Source of the DNA: an uncultured Sphaerochaeta sp.
GTDB taxonomy: Bacteria; Spirochaetota; Spirochaetia; Sphaerochaetales; Sphaerochaetaceae
NCBI GenBank assembly: GCA_964469205.1
Contig: CAYXYD010000002.1
Coordinates: forward strand, 1-41,281
DNA: 41,281 bases
Reading direction: 5' to 3'
The notes under the pieces are model-generated. The model had not been told where the DNA came from, searched no databases, and saw only the letters and a list, made by a program, of their open reading frames with translations. Every line of letters starts with the position of its first letter. Position 1 is the stretch's first letter. Both the position numbers and the translations under genes were made by a program. This document shows, in pieces, positions 17,085 to 26,026 of the stretch.

Positions 17085-17987
17085 ATGTTTAACTTTTTTC
17101 TTTTAATACTCATCTATACAGGGATTTATGCCCTGATGGCTATCGGGCAGAATATCATAACCGGTTATGGAGGGATGCTATCCCTCTGTCAGGCGGGATT
17201 CTTTGCCATCGGCAGCTATACGACAGCCATATTGTCCACCCACATGGGATGGTCCTTCTGGGCGACGTTGCCTGCAGCGGCCCTCATCAGCGCCCTGTTC
17301 GGTCTGCTCATTGGCCTGCCCACCTTGAGACTCAAGGGAGACTACCTTGCTATCGCAACGTTGGGCTTTGGTGAGATAGTACGCAATATTCTGAACAACT
17401 GGGATTCCCTTACCAACGGACCTATGGGAATCCAGAAGATCCCGATGCCTGACCTCTTTGGCTTCACCATCAACCCCTATAAGAAGTACTCATTCCTGGT
17501 GATGGTGATAATCTTTGTCATCATAGCCTACATTCTTTTCCAACGCCTTGCCCGTTCCAGAATGGGAAGGGCCCTTACTGCCGTACGTGAAGATGAAATT
17601 GCAGCCCAGTCCATGGGCATCAATATCACCAAGTACAAGGTGTACGCCTTTGTTCTTGGTGCTGCCGTAGCCGGCATTGCCGGCTCCCTACAGGCAGTGT
17701 TCACCCTCTCTGTCACCCCTGGGACCTATACCTTCATGGTATCGGTCATGGTCTTGTGCATGGTTGTCCTCGGTGGGCTGGGAAACTTCAAGGCTGCGAT
17801 CCTTGGAACCTTTATCATCCAGCTCATCAGTTACTTCCCTCAGCTGACGGGCCTCAGCAGTGTCATACCTCCTCAGTTCAAGCAGATTCTGTTTGGCCTG
17901 ATCCTGGTAGTGATGATGATCTGGAGACCTCAGGGCCTGCTTGGTCGAGAAGAACGTACCTATGGTGCTAAGGGAGGCAAGCGATGA
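17085..17987 (+). CDS. livM: BCAA ABC transporter permease LivM
   Basis: LRLKGDYLAIATLGFGEI, GRALTAVREDEIAA, MVVLGG, RPQGL. Confidence 0.93.
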   Translation: MFNFFLLILIYTGIYALMAIGQNIITGYGGMLSLCQAGFFAIGSYTTAILSTHMGWSFWATLPAAALISALFGLLIGLPTLRLKGDYLAIATLGFGEIVRNILNNWDSLTNGPMGIQKIPMPDLFGFTINPYKKYSFLVMVIIFVIIAYILFQRLARSRMGRALTAVREDEIAAQSMGINITKYKVYAFVLGAAVAGIAGSLQAVFTLSVTPGTYTFMVSVMVLCMVVLGGLGNFKAAILGTFIIQLISYFPQLTGLSSVIPPQFKQILFGLILVVMMIWRPQGLLGREERTYGAKGGKR

Positions 17988-18763
17988 CCTTATTGGAAAC
18001 TGAAGGCCTTACCAGGGCATATGGTGGTGTTGTCGCTGTTAACAAAGTCAACTTCTCTGTTGAAGCAGGACTCATTACTGGCCTCATCGGTCCTAACGGT
18101 GCGGGTAAGACCACCCTGTTCAACAACATGACTGGCTTGGATAACCCTTCAAGCGGTAAGGTATTCTTCAACAACAAGGATATCACCGGCTACCCTGCCC
18201 ATAAGATCTGTCGTATGGGCATTGCCCGTACCTTCCAGAATATTCGCCTTTTCAAGGACCTTTCGGTCGTTGAAAATGTCATGATCGGCCGTCACTTCAA
18301 GACCGGTAAGAGCGAGACCAAAGGCCGGTTTGTAAACGCCTTGAAAAGCTATGTCTATCTCAAGAGGGAAGAGCAGGAGATCTACGAGAAGGCAGACTCC
18401 TGGTTGGATTTCTTTGAGATGGGCCAGTTCAAGAATGAACTTGCCAAGAACCTCCCTTATGGAAAACAGCGGGAGCTTGAGATCACAAGGGCCTTGGCCA
18501 CTGAGCCTCAGCTGCTCTTCTTGGATGAGCCTGCAGCGGGTATGAACCCTCAGGAGACCGAACATCTGATGAGCATCATCCGTAAGATCCGTGACCTTGG
18601 AATAACAGTCGTACTTATCGAGCACGACATGAAGCTTGTCATGAACATCTGTGATACCATCACCGTACTGAACTACGGGCAGAAACTTGCAGAAGGAACC
18701 CCCAGGGAGATCAAGCATAACCCGAGTGTCGTCGAGGCCTATCTCGGAAAGGAAGAAGCATGA
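17984..18763 (+). CDS. livG: BCAA ABC transporter ATP-binding protein LivG
   Basis: GPNGAGKT, IARTFQNIRLF, LPYG, LDEPAAG, IEHDM, EAYLG. Confidence 0.94.
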   Translation: MTLLETEGLTRAYGGVVAVNKVNFSVEAGLITGLIGPNGAGKTTLFNNMTGLDNPSSGKVFFNNKDITGYPAHKICRMGIARTFQNIRLFKDLSVVENVMIGRHFKTGKSETKGRFVNALKSYVYLKREEQEIYEKADSWLDFFEMGQFKNELAKNLPYGKQRELEITRALATEPQLLFLDEPAAGMNPQETEHLMSIIRKIRDLGITVVLIEHDMKLVMNICDTITVLNYGQKLAEGTPREIKHNPSVVEAYLGKEEA

Positions 18764-19533
18764 GCGAACTGCTGACCATTGAGGATATCTCTGTAACCTA
18801 TGGAAACATCAAGGCGCTTCGGAATGTGAGTATGCATGTGAACCAAGGCGATATTGTCTGTCTCATCGGAGCCAACGGCAGTGGTAAGAGTACCCTTCTG
18901 AAAGCGATAGTGGGACAGGAGCCTCTGGTGGAAGGCTCTATCTCCTTCGATGGCGAAGAGATCTGTCAGGCACGCAATACTGCAGGAAATGGCAACAAGT
19001 GGGGTTTCAAGAAGGGCCATAAAACCCTCACCACTGACCTCATTGCCTCTAGGGGCATTGCCCTGGTTCCCGAAGGCAGGCGTGTCTTTGCCGACATGAG
19101 TGTGGAAGAGAACCTGGACATGGGTGCTTTCATGGTCCGTGACAAGCTTATCATCGCTGAACGCAAAGAGGCCATGTACGACTTTTTCCCCATCCTTGGG
19201 GCACGCAGAAGGCAGAAGACCCGTTCCCTTTCCGGAGGGGAGCAGCAGATGATGGCTATCGCTCGTGCCCTGATGAGCGGGCCTCGCCTGATCTTGCTTG
19301 ATGAACCCGGTTTGGGGCTGGCCCCCTTGGTCATTGCGGACATCTTTGAGAAGATCGACCTGATCAACAAACAGGACAATGTCACGGTATTTCTCGTTGA
19401 GCAGAACGCCCGTATGGCACTGAAGGCCTCGACAGAGGGCTATGTTATGGAGAATGGAAGAATTGTCCTCCATGATGCTTCGGCTTCACTTTTGGAGAAT
19501 GAAAAGGTCAGGGCGGCATATCTGGGTGAATAA
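18760..19533 (+). CDS. livF: BCAA ABC transporter ATP-binding protein LivF
   Basis: GANGSGKS, VPEGRRVF, LSGGEQQM, LDEP, VEQNA, AYLG. Confidence 0.94.
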   Translation: MSELLTIEDISVTYGNIKALRNVSMHVNQGDIVCLIGANGSGKSTLLKAIVGQEPLVEGSISFDGEEICQARNTAGNGNKWGFKKGHKTLTTDLIASRGIALVPEGRRVFADMSVEENLDMGAFMVRDKLIIAERKEAMYDFFPILGARRRQKTRSLSGGEQQMMAIARALMSGPRLILLDEPGLGLAPLVIADIFEKIDLINKQDNVTVFLVEQNARMALKASTEGYVMENGRIVLHDASASLLENEKVRAAYLGE

Positions 19534-19594
19534 TGACTGGATATTAGCTTTGTCTTGAACTATAGTATTGGTAGATGGGAGGTAGGAGAATCAT

Positions 19595-20239
19595 ATGATT
19601 ATCGAACGAAGAATGACTCGCAACCCTGTTACAGCTACTCCTGACATGTCAATTGCAGAAGCCTCTAACCTTATGAAGCAAGAGAAGGTGCATAGGCTGC
19701 CTGTTTTGGATAAGGACAAGAAGCTTGTAGGGCTCATCACTGAAAAGGATATCCTCTATGCATCCCCTTCTCCGGCTAGTAGTCTGTCTATCCATGAGAT
19801 GGCATACCTGCTCAGCAAGCTGACTGTCAAAAAACTGATGAGCAAGAATGTGGTTACCATCAACAAGGACACCACTGTTGAGGAAGCCGCTCGCATGATG
19901 GTTGACCAGGACCTCTCCTGTCTGCCAGTTCTCGAAGGTGACAAGCTTATCGGTATTGTCAGCAAGAGTGATATGTTCAAGATCCTGTTGGAGCTGTTCG
20001 GTGCCCGTCATTTTGGCATCAGGGTCTCCTTTGTTGTTGACGACAAGCCTGGTACCATTGCCAAGATATCCTTGGCTCTGAGCGAGCAGAATATTGATAT
20101 CATCACGTTCGGTACCTTCATGGGAACCGATCCGACCAATGCCATCTGTACCATCAAGGTGCAGGGCGCTTCCATCAGTAAGGTGGTAGAGATAATAAAG
20201 CCGTTCGTCTCACAACTGTTGGACGTGCGAGAGGTATAA
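19595..20239 (+). CDS. acuB: Tandem CBS + ACT domain protein (AcuB family)
   Basis: Two CBS repeats (HRLPV..LVGLIT; CLPV..LIGIVS) and an ACT motif DKPGTIAKI. Confidence 0.85.
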   Translation: MIIERRMTRNPVTATPDMSIAEASNLMKQEKVHRLPVLDKDKKLVGLITEKDILYASPSPASSLSIHEMAYLLSKLTVKKLMSKNVVTINKDTTVEEAARMMVDQDLSCLPVLEGDKLIGIVSKSDMFKILLELFGARHFGIRVSFVVDDKPGTIAKISLALSEQNIDIITFGTFMGTDPTNAICTIKVQGASISKVVEIIKPFVSQLLDVREV

Positions 20240-21235
20240 ATGGCTAAGAAGAAACTAGTGGTAAAGAAGAAAGAGACGGCTGGTGACAGCCGTCTTCCTA
20301 TTGCGGATGATGCCTACAGACCCTTTGAAGAGATTAAGAAGGTCGTCCCCAAGAAAATAGAAAAAAAGATAGTGAAGAAAAAACAGCCAGAACCTGTAAT
20401 ACAGTCCCAGCGTAAGGAACCCCTGGTCAAAGGGTATGACCCTGATGCCAATTTCGGGGATATCCTCAAGTCTTGGGAGACTACAGGTGAGATGGATGGC
20501 GTCACTGCACGCATGAAAAGCCATAGCGAAGTCAAGGTTGGGAAATCTTTTGCTGAGATCTTGGCTGAGTGGGATGGTGATACGGCCAAAGCACAAAAGC
20601 TAAGGAAAAAGGCTGAAGCCATCAAGCCAAGCAAGCAGTATACTCCCAAAAAGGATTTCGGTTCGCTTCTTGATGAGTTTAATGGGGTAGCCCCCAAAAA
20701 AGACCGTAGGGTTGTCCCTACAGGGAAAGTCGCCCCTGCTCCCCCTAAGGATGAGAAGTTGCGCCCCTCCAAGGAGATGGTGCAAGCTATGGAAGACAAG
20801 GCAGAAGAGGACAAGAAGACAGAGAGCAATGTATCCTGGTCCTTTGCAGACACCTACAAGCAGTGGAACGAGGTCTCCGATGAGAAGAAGGCCCTTGATA
20901 GGGCGATGAAGGAGAAGCGGGAGTCAAAGCCCAATTATCGCTCCCTCACTGCCCTTAGGGCCATGGAGCCTGAGGTTACCTTGGATCTGCATGGGATGAA
21001 GGTACAGGAAGCTGAAGAGTCCTGTGCTGTTTTTCTGAAAGACTGTTCTTCCAAACGGCTGAAGAAGGTCTCCATCATCACTGGCAAGGGTCTGCATAAC
21101 AAAACGGGCTTCTCCCTTTTAAAGGAAGCAGCGCTGACTGCAATACGCTTGAGTGGTGTTGTCACTGAAGCCTACACACCCAAAGCGCAGTATGGGGGTA
21201 GTGGGGCTATCTGGATTATTCTGAAAGAGAAATAG
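20240..21235 (+). CDS. Smr/MutS2 C-terminal domain endonuclease with a long repeat-containing N-terminus
   Basis: LDLHG, IITGKG, GGSGA motifs in the last ~90 aa; Lys-rich low-complexity N-terminus. Confidence 0.88.
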   Translation: MAKKKLVVKKKETAGDSRLPIADDAYRPFEEIKKVVPKKIEKKIVKKKQPEPVIQSQRKEPLVKGYDPDANFGDILKSWETTGEMDGVTARMKSHSEVKVGKSFAEILAEWDGDTAKAQKLRKKAEAIKPSKQYTPKKDFGSLLDEFNGVAPKKDRRVVPTGKVAPAPPKDEKLRPSKEMVQAMEDKAEEDKKTESNVSWSFADTYKQWNEVSDEKKALDRAMKEKRESKPNYRSLTALRAMEPEVTLDLHGMKVQEAEESCAVFLKDCSSKRLKKVSIITGKGLHNKTGFSLLKEAALTAIRLSGVVTEAYTPKAQYGGSGAIWIILKEK

Positions 21236-21258
21236 AACTGGTCTGAATAAGATTGGGA

Positions 21259-21282
21259 ATGAGTAAATAATAACTTTCCCAT
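21259..21282 (+). repeat. Left copy of a 24-bp inverted repeat
   Basis: ATGAGTAAATAATAACTTTCCCAT matches the reverse complement of 22026-22049 at 22/24 positions. Confidence 0.85.
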
Positions 21283-21363
21283 ATATTGAAGCCACCAGTT
21301 CGGTAAAAAAGGCACAAGTAGATGGATCCCTCTATGGAAATCACACCGTTTCTTCAACAAGAA

Positions 21364-21393
21364 GGCCACCAACAGGGTTCTTTGTTGGTGGTT
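21364..21393. terminator. Intrinsic terminator between smr and the HTH gene
   Basis: CCACCAACA-GGGTTCTT-TGTTGGTGG with short T-rich tails on both strands. Confidence 0.6.
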
Positions 21394-21462
21394 TCCACAT
21401 GAAGTGGTGTGGCTGTTAGATTGGTTGTACTTGTTCAGGGCTTGCTGGAAATTATTGTGTTG

Positions 21463-21939
21463 TCAAACAGATAGTATCTGATCCTTCATGGCCCAGAGGG
21501 TTCTCTCCCTTGGCTTGACCATACTGAATTCGATCAAAATTCTCTGGCACTGCCTCTCATGGAGGCTCACATTGTGCATCCGGCTGATATGCTTGCTGAG
21601 CAGCGGCCCCGTCCAGGAAGACTTGCTGTAGCCGAAGTCGGAGGGGGCATGCTTGAGGTCGTACCGGATCTGTTCCATCTGTGACTCATCCAGCTTAGGG
21701 TGCTTGCCCTGGTGCAGCTTCAGTGATTCCTTTCCAGACTCGATGAATGACCTTATCCAGACATTGATCGAGGGTTTTGACTTGCCGGAAAGCCTGGCAA
21801 GTTCCTCAACAGGAAGTCCTGCAAGGGCAATCCTGACGTAAGCCAGCCGAGCATAGTACTGGGAGACGATACTCTTGTCGAGCTCCTGAGAAATTTCATC
21901 TAGCAATTGATCCCTGTTTTCAACCTGTCTGGTATTCAT
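21463..21939 (-). CDS. Helix-turn-helix / winged-helix protein resembling the DNA-binding half of IS630 transposases
   Basis: ELARLSGKSKPSINVWIRSF..G..SL, then PSDFGY...WTGPLL..HI...V....RQCQRIL...KPR; AGGAG SD before ATG 21939. Confidence 0.8.
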   Translation of the reverse strand: MNTRQVENRDQLLDEISQELDKSIVSQYYARLAYVRIALAGLPVEELARLSGKSKPSINVWIRSFIESGKESLKLHQGKHPKLDESQMEQIRYDLKHAPSDFGYSKSSWTGPLLSKHISRMHNVSLHERQCQRILIEFSMVKPRERTLWAMKDQILSV

Positions 21940-22025
21940 GAATGTCTCCTGTAGAACATCTTCATGATACAACAATAGGTCAATAGTATACAGAAATCAA
22001 GTGAAGGATTGTATATAGACGGCAA

Positions 22026-22049
22026 ATGGGTAAGTTATTCTTTACTCAT
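22026..22049 (-). repeat. Right copy of the 24-bp inverted repeat
   Basis: ATGGGTAAGTTATTCTTTACTCAT; reverse complement ATGAGTAAAGAATAACTTACCCAT. Confidence 0.85.
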
Positions 22050-22065
22050 CCCTTAGGAAAGAGGA

Positions 22066-22117
22066 ACATACACAAAAATGGCCGACTCTCTAGTGAGAAT
22101 CGGCCTTTTGTGTATGT
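22066..22117. terminator. Bidirectional-type terminator downstream of infA
   Basis: ACATACACAAAA..GGCCGA.TCTC-TAGT-GAGA.TCGGCCTTTTGTGTATGT. Confidence 0.8.
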
Positions 22118-22123
22118 ATGTTC

Positions 22124-22342
22124 TTACCTTTCTCTATAGATGATCCGACCCTTGGTCAAGTCATAGGGAGAAAGCGCTACACGCACTGTGTCACCAGGCA
22201 CAATCCTGATATAGTGTTTTCGCATCTTGCCCGAAAGATGGGCGAGGATAACATGCTGGTTCTGAAGTTCCACACGGAACTGCGTATTGGGAAGTGCTTC
22301 GCGTACGACGCCTTCCACTTCAATTGCTTCTTCTTTGGCCAC
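22124..22342 (-). CDS. infA: Translation initiation factor IF-1
   Basis: [24 protein letters not shown]...[30 protein letters not shown]; 72 aa from GTG with GGAGG SD. Confidence 0.98.
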   Translation of the reverse strand: MAKEEAIEVEGVVREALPNTQFRVELQNQHVILAHLSGKMRKHYIRIVPGDTVRVALSPYDLTKGRIIYRER

Positions 22343-22376
22343 AAAGCCCTCCAAATATCTGCTGTTAAGCTAAATA

Positions 22377-22405
22377 ATTATAAGCTTTACATGCTTTTCT
22401 GTCAA
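22377..22405 (-). promoter_or_regulatory. Perfect consensus sigma70 promoter of infA
   Basis: TTGACA-17 bp-TATAAT. Confidence 0.85.
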
Positions 22406-22412
22406 CATAAGC

Positions 22413-23795
22413 CTATTTTACGAAGATATCCCAGTACCCCTTGAGGAACAATACAAGGACGATTGCAGGGAGAATCCACTTGAAATAGTATTTCAAAACC
22501 TTAGGGAATTTCAACCCTGTGCCCGTATCTGCTTCCTTGATGAAGTTGTCCCATCCCCAGCCGTATCTTGATGTACAGAATAGGGTAATGAACAACGATC
22601 CAAAGGGAAGCAGGGTTGAACTTACGATAAAATCTTCCAGATCAAGGATCCCTGTTCCAGGTCCTAAGGGCTGGATATTCGAAAGGACATTAAAACCTAG
22701 CAAGCAGGGTAGGGAAAGGACGATAATGACAATGCAGTTGATGATCGTTGCTTTTTTTCTGCTTACCTGGTGTGCATCTATCCAGTAACTGACGATGTTT
22801 TCAAATACTGCAATGAGGGTGCTCAAAGCTGCGAAGCTCATGAACAGGAAGAATAGGGTGCCCCAGATTCTGCCACCACCCATCTGGTTGAAGATATTGG
22901 GTAGGGTGATGAATAGCAAGGAAGGACCGGCATCAGGTTGGACTCCGAAGGCAAAGGCGGCTGGGAAGATGATCAGGCCGCTTGCAAGGGCGATGAAGGT
23001 ATCCAAGCCGATAATCCTTACTGCCTCACCTGTAAGCGAGTATTGTTTGTCGATGTAGGAGCCGAAGATGGAGATGCTACCAATACCAAGGCTAAGGGTA
23101 AAGAACGCCTGGCCCATGGCCGCATAGATTGCTTCAAACGTCCCGATCTCCTTCATTCGTGCAAAGTCAGGCAACAGGTAGAATTTCAACCCTTCGCTTC
23201 CACCCTTGAGCGTGATGCTGTTGATCGCAAGGATTACTATGAGACTAAGAAGGCCTATCATCATAAACTTGGTGATTTTCTCTACGCCGTTTTGCAAGCC
23301 CCTTCCTACGGGAATAAATGCCAAGACAGTGGCAAGCACCATCCAGAACAGCATCATTAGGGGGGATTCAAGCATGTTGCCGAAGAAGCCTCCGACACCT
23401 GCTGTGTCGAGTCCTACAAAATCGCCCTTCACCATATGGAAGAAATAGGCGAGCAACCACCCTGATATGGTAGTGTAGAAGAACATCAGCACATAGTTTC
23501 CTAGAATGGCTACTGGGCCGAACAGATGCCATTTCTTTCCCTTAGGCTCCAAGGTCTTGAAGGTAAGGCCAATGTTCTGCTTGCTTGCTCGCCCGATGGA
23601 GAGTTCCATTACCATTACCGGGAGGCCGAGGATGACGAGGAACAGGATATAGAACAGCACAAATGCTGCGCCACCGTACCGTCCGGTTATATAGGGAAAA
23701 CGCCAGATGTTTCCCAAGCCGATAGCGCATCCTGCGGAGAGGAAAATAAAGCCAAGTCGGCTTCCCAGTGTTTCTCGTGTGTTCGTTTTTTCCAT
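22413..23795 (-). CDS. Sodium-dependent transporter, neurotransmitter:sodium symporter (NSS/SNF) family
   Basis: AGCAIGLGNIWRFPY, GGAAF, GQAFFTLSLG, GPSLLFITLP; about 11 TM segments. Confidence 0.93.
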   Translation of the reverse strand: MEKTNTRETLGSRLGFIFLSAGCAIGLGNIWRFPYITGRYGGAAFVLFYILFLVILGLPVMVMELSIGRASKQNIGLTFKTLEPKGKKWHLFGPVAILGNYVLMFFYTTISGWLLAYFFHMVKGDFVGLDTAGVGGFFGNMLESPLMMLFWMVLATVLAFIPVGRGLQNGVEKITKFMMIGLLSLIVILAINSITLKGGSEGLKFYLLPDFARMKEIGTFEAIYAAMGQAFFTLSLGIGSISIFGSYIDKQYSLTGEAVRIIGLDTFIALASGLIIFPAAFAFGVQPDAGPSLLFITLPNIFNQMGGGRIWGTLFFLFMSFAALSTLIAVFENIVSYWIDAHQVSRKKATIINCIVIIVLSLPCLLGFNVLSNIQPLGPGTGILDLEDFIVSSTLLPFGSLFITLFCTSRYGWGWDNFIKEADTGTGLKFPKVLKYYFKWILPAIVLVLFLKGYWDIFVK

Positions 23796-24020
23796 TGGTT
23801 AGTATCCTGTGTTGTTGTAACTACCTGGTAGTTCATAATGTATGGTGCCAAGATGGCAGGCTTTCTGCTAAAATGACACAATCGATGTAGTTTACGGCCC
23901 CCGCAGGCAAAAATCAACTCTAAAATTGCAATTACCTGCATTGAATTGTCTTGTAACGTTGACAGAGCGCTATTGGATAGGCAAGATAGCAGTATTAAGA
24001 ACTACAGCATGAGGTGAAAG

Positions 24021-25544
24021 ATGGCTGATAAACAAGCATTGAAAGCGTATTTGGCAAGAACAAAGGACATTGATACCGGTATGGTAGCATACGTGGCGTC
24101 ATTGGAAAAAGTTGCAGATGTGGCCCCTGAGATTGCATCTAAGATTGTGAGTGAGCTTAAGGACCAGAGAACACACCTGAAACTGATCGCAAGCGAGAAT
24201 TTTTCATCGCTTAACTCACAGTTGGCAATGGGAAACCTCTTCACTGACAAGTATAGTGAAGGGTATGCATACCACCGTTTCTATGCAGGTTGTGACAATG
24301 TGGATGCCGTCGAAGCATACGCCTGTGAAAAGGCTTGCCAACTGTTTGGTGCTGAACATGCCTATGTCCAGCCACACAGTGGTGCTGATGCAAACCTGGT
24401 TGCCTATTGGGCGATCTTGCATGCAAAGGTACAGATCCCCATGTTGGAAGAGCTCGGCATTACCAACCCAAGCGACCTCAGTCGCGAGCAGTGGGATGTT
24501 GTTAGGGAAAAATTGGGGAATCAGAAGATTCTTGGCCTTGACTACTATAGTGGCGGACACCTTACCCATGGCTACCGTCAGAACGTATCGGCTCAGATGT
24601 TTGATGCCTACAGCTACTCTGTCAATGAAGAGACAGGTCTGCTTGACTACGATGTAATAGAACGCATGGCCAAAGAGATCAAACCTCTGATCCTGCTTGC
24701 CGGCTATAGTGCATATCCAAGGAAGATTGACTTCAAGCGTATGGCCGAGATCGCCCACAGTGTAGGAGCGGTCTTCATGGTCGATATGGCCCACTTTGCC
24801 GGGCTTGTCGCCGGAAAGGTCTTTACCGGTGAGTTTGATCCTGTACCCTGGGCTGATGTGGTGACCACAACCACCCACAAGACCCTGCGCGGGCCCCGTG
24901 GTGGTATGATCCTCTGCAAGAGCGAGTATGCCGGCAGTGTGGACAAGGGTTGTCCTCTGGTCATCGGAGGCCCGCTTCCTCATGTCATGGCTGCTAAGGC
25001 TGTTTCCTTTGCCGAAGCGCTCAAGCCTTCATTTGCAACGTATGCAAAGAAAATTGTAGAAAACTCCGTAGCCCTTGCCCAGGCCTGCCTTGATGAAGGG
25101 ATCCCTGTGGCTACCGGCGGCAGTGACAACCATCTGATGCTTCTTGATGTCCGCTCCTTTGACCTTAACGGACGACAGGCAGAGAGTGCCCTGCGTGAAT
25201 GTGGGGTGACACTCAACAGGAACGCCCTTCCCTTTGACCCTAACGGGCCTTGGTATACAAGTGGCTTGAGGATCGGGACCCCGGCTGTGACCACCTTGGG
25301 AATGGGTATCAAGGAAATGCAGGAAATTGCAGCTATCATTGCTGTGGTACTGAAGCATACCCGTCCTGCCAAAATTACCAAAGGCTCAAAAGCCGGCAAG
25401 TTGAGCAAAGCTAAGTTTGTGACCGAAGAGGGCGCTGTTGAGGAAGCAAGAAAGCGAATAGCGACCTTGGTTTCGGGCTTCAAGCTCTATCCTGAACTTG
25501 ATTTGGAATTTCTTGAAGAGTTTTTCCCTCTCGACATTGGTTGA
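24021..25544 (+). CDS. glyA: Serine hydroxymethyltransferase (long form)
   Basis: LIASEN, KYSEGY, VQPHSG, GGHLTHG, DMAHFAG, TTTTHKTLRGPRGG, SGLRIGTPA. Confidence 0.97.
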   Translation: MADKQALKAYLARTKDIDTGMVAYVASLEKVADVAPEIASKIVSELKDQRTHLKLIASENFSSLNSQLAMGNLFTDKYSEGYAYHRFYAGCDNVDAVEAYACEKACQLFGAEHAYVQPHSGADANLVAYWAILHAKVQIPMLEELGITNPSDLSREQWDVVREKLGNQKILGLDYYSGGHLTHGYRQNVSAQMFDAYSYSVNEETGLLDYDVIERMAKEIKPLILLAGYSAYPRKIDFKRMAEIAHSVGAVFMVDMAHFAGLVAGKVFTGEFDPVPWADVVTTTTHKTLRGPRGGMILCKSEYAGSVDKGCPLVIGGPLPHVMAAKAVSFAEALKPSFATYAKKIVENSVALAQACLDEGIPVATGGSDNHLMLLDVRSFDLNGRQAESALRECGVTLNRNALPFDPNGPWYTSGLRIGTPAVTTLGMGIKEMQEIAAIIAVVLKHTRPAKITKGSKAGKLSKAKFVTEEGAVEEARKRIATLVSGFKLYPELDLEFLEEFFPLDIG

Positions 25545-25580
25545 GAGTGGTGGTAGCATGAATCTGTTTGGAGGTACGAG

Positions 25581-25964
25581 ATGAGCAGCATCCCTGAAGT
25601 CTTGAAGTATAGCAAGGACCATGAATGGGTCCGTCTTGACGGCGATAAGGCCTATGTGGGCATTACCGATCACGCACAGAACGAGCTTGGTGAAATCGTA
25701 TACGTTGAACTGCCCACTGTTGGAGATACCTTCAACAAGGACGAGGAGATCGCTACAGTTGAGAGCGTCAAGGCTGCCTCGGCGATCATCAACCCCCTCT
25801 CAGGTGAGGTTGTGGCCGTAAATGAGGATCTCGATGATGAGCCTGAGTTGGTGAACACCGACTGCTACAAGCATTATCTGTATGTGCTGGGGTCTTTTGC
25901 CAAGAGTGACTACGATGCACTTTTGGATGCCGGCTCCTACGCTGAGTTTCTTGAAAGCCTATAA
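25581..25964 (+). CDS. gcvH: Glycine cleavage system H protein
   Basis: YSKDHEW, VGITDHAQ.ELGEIVYVELP, lipoyl-lysine VESVKAAS. Confidence 0.96.
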   Translation: MSSIPEVLKYSKDHEWVRLDGDKAYVGITDHAQNELGEIVYVELPTVGDTFNKDEEIATVESVKAASAIINPLSGEVVAVNEDLDDEPELVNTDCYKHYLYVLGSFAKSDYDALLDAGSYAEFLESL

Positions 25965-25975
25965 GAATTATCCTT

Positions 25976-25996
25976 CGCCGCCAAGAACTGGCGGCG
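25976..25996 (+). other. GC-rich intra-operon stem-loop
   Basis: CGCCGCCA-AGAAC-TGGCGGCG between gcvH and gcvPA. Confidence 0.6.
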
Positions 25997-26026
25997 TTGG
26001 TCTGTCCTGATAAAGAGGAGGAACGT

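Larger units (their letters stand above)
21259..22049 (-). mobile_element. IR-bounded 791-bp cassette, possibly a non-autonomous or domesticated IS630-related element
   Basis: 24-bp inverted repeats flank a single IS630-OrfA-like HTH gene; no DDE domain; no clear TSD. Confidence 0.5.

Noticed and set aside
18960-19030. Short insertion in LivF (CQARNTAGNGNKWGFKKGHK)
   Set aside because: Too short for an intein or domain; probably a surface loop, and all ABC motifs are intact
21172-21372. Possible DDE remnant (GIHLLVPFLP) downstream of the IS630-like HTH gene
   Set aside because: Only a vague resemblance to LLFLPPYSPELNPIE; no catalytic residues, and the ORF runs through the repeat into smr
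23796-24020. Glycine, ZTP or THF riboswitch ahead of glyA or the NSS transporter
   Set aside because: No conserved cores recognisable on either strand, and a TTGACA box at 23959 implies a short glyA leader
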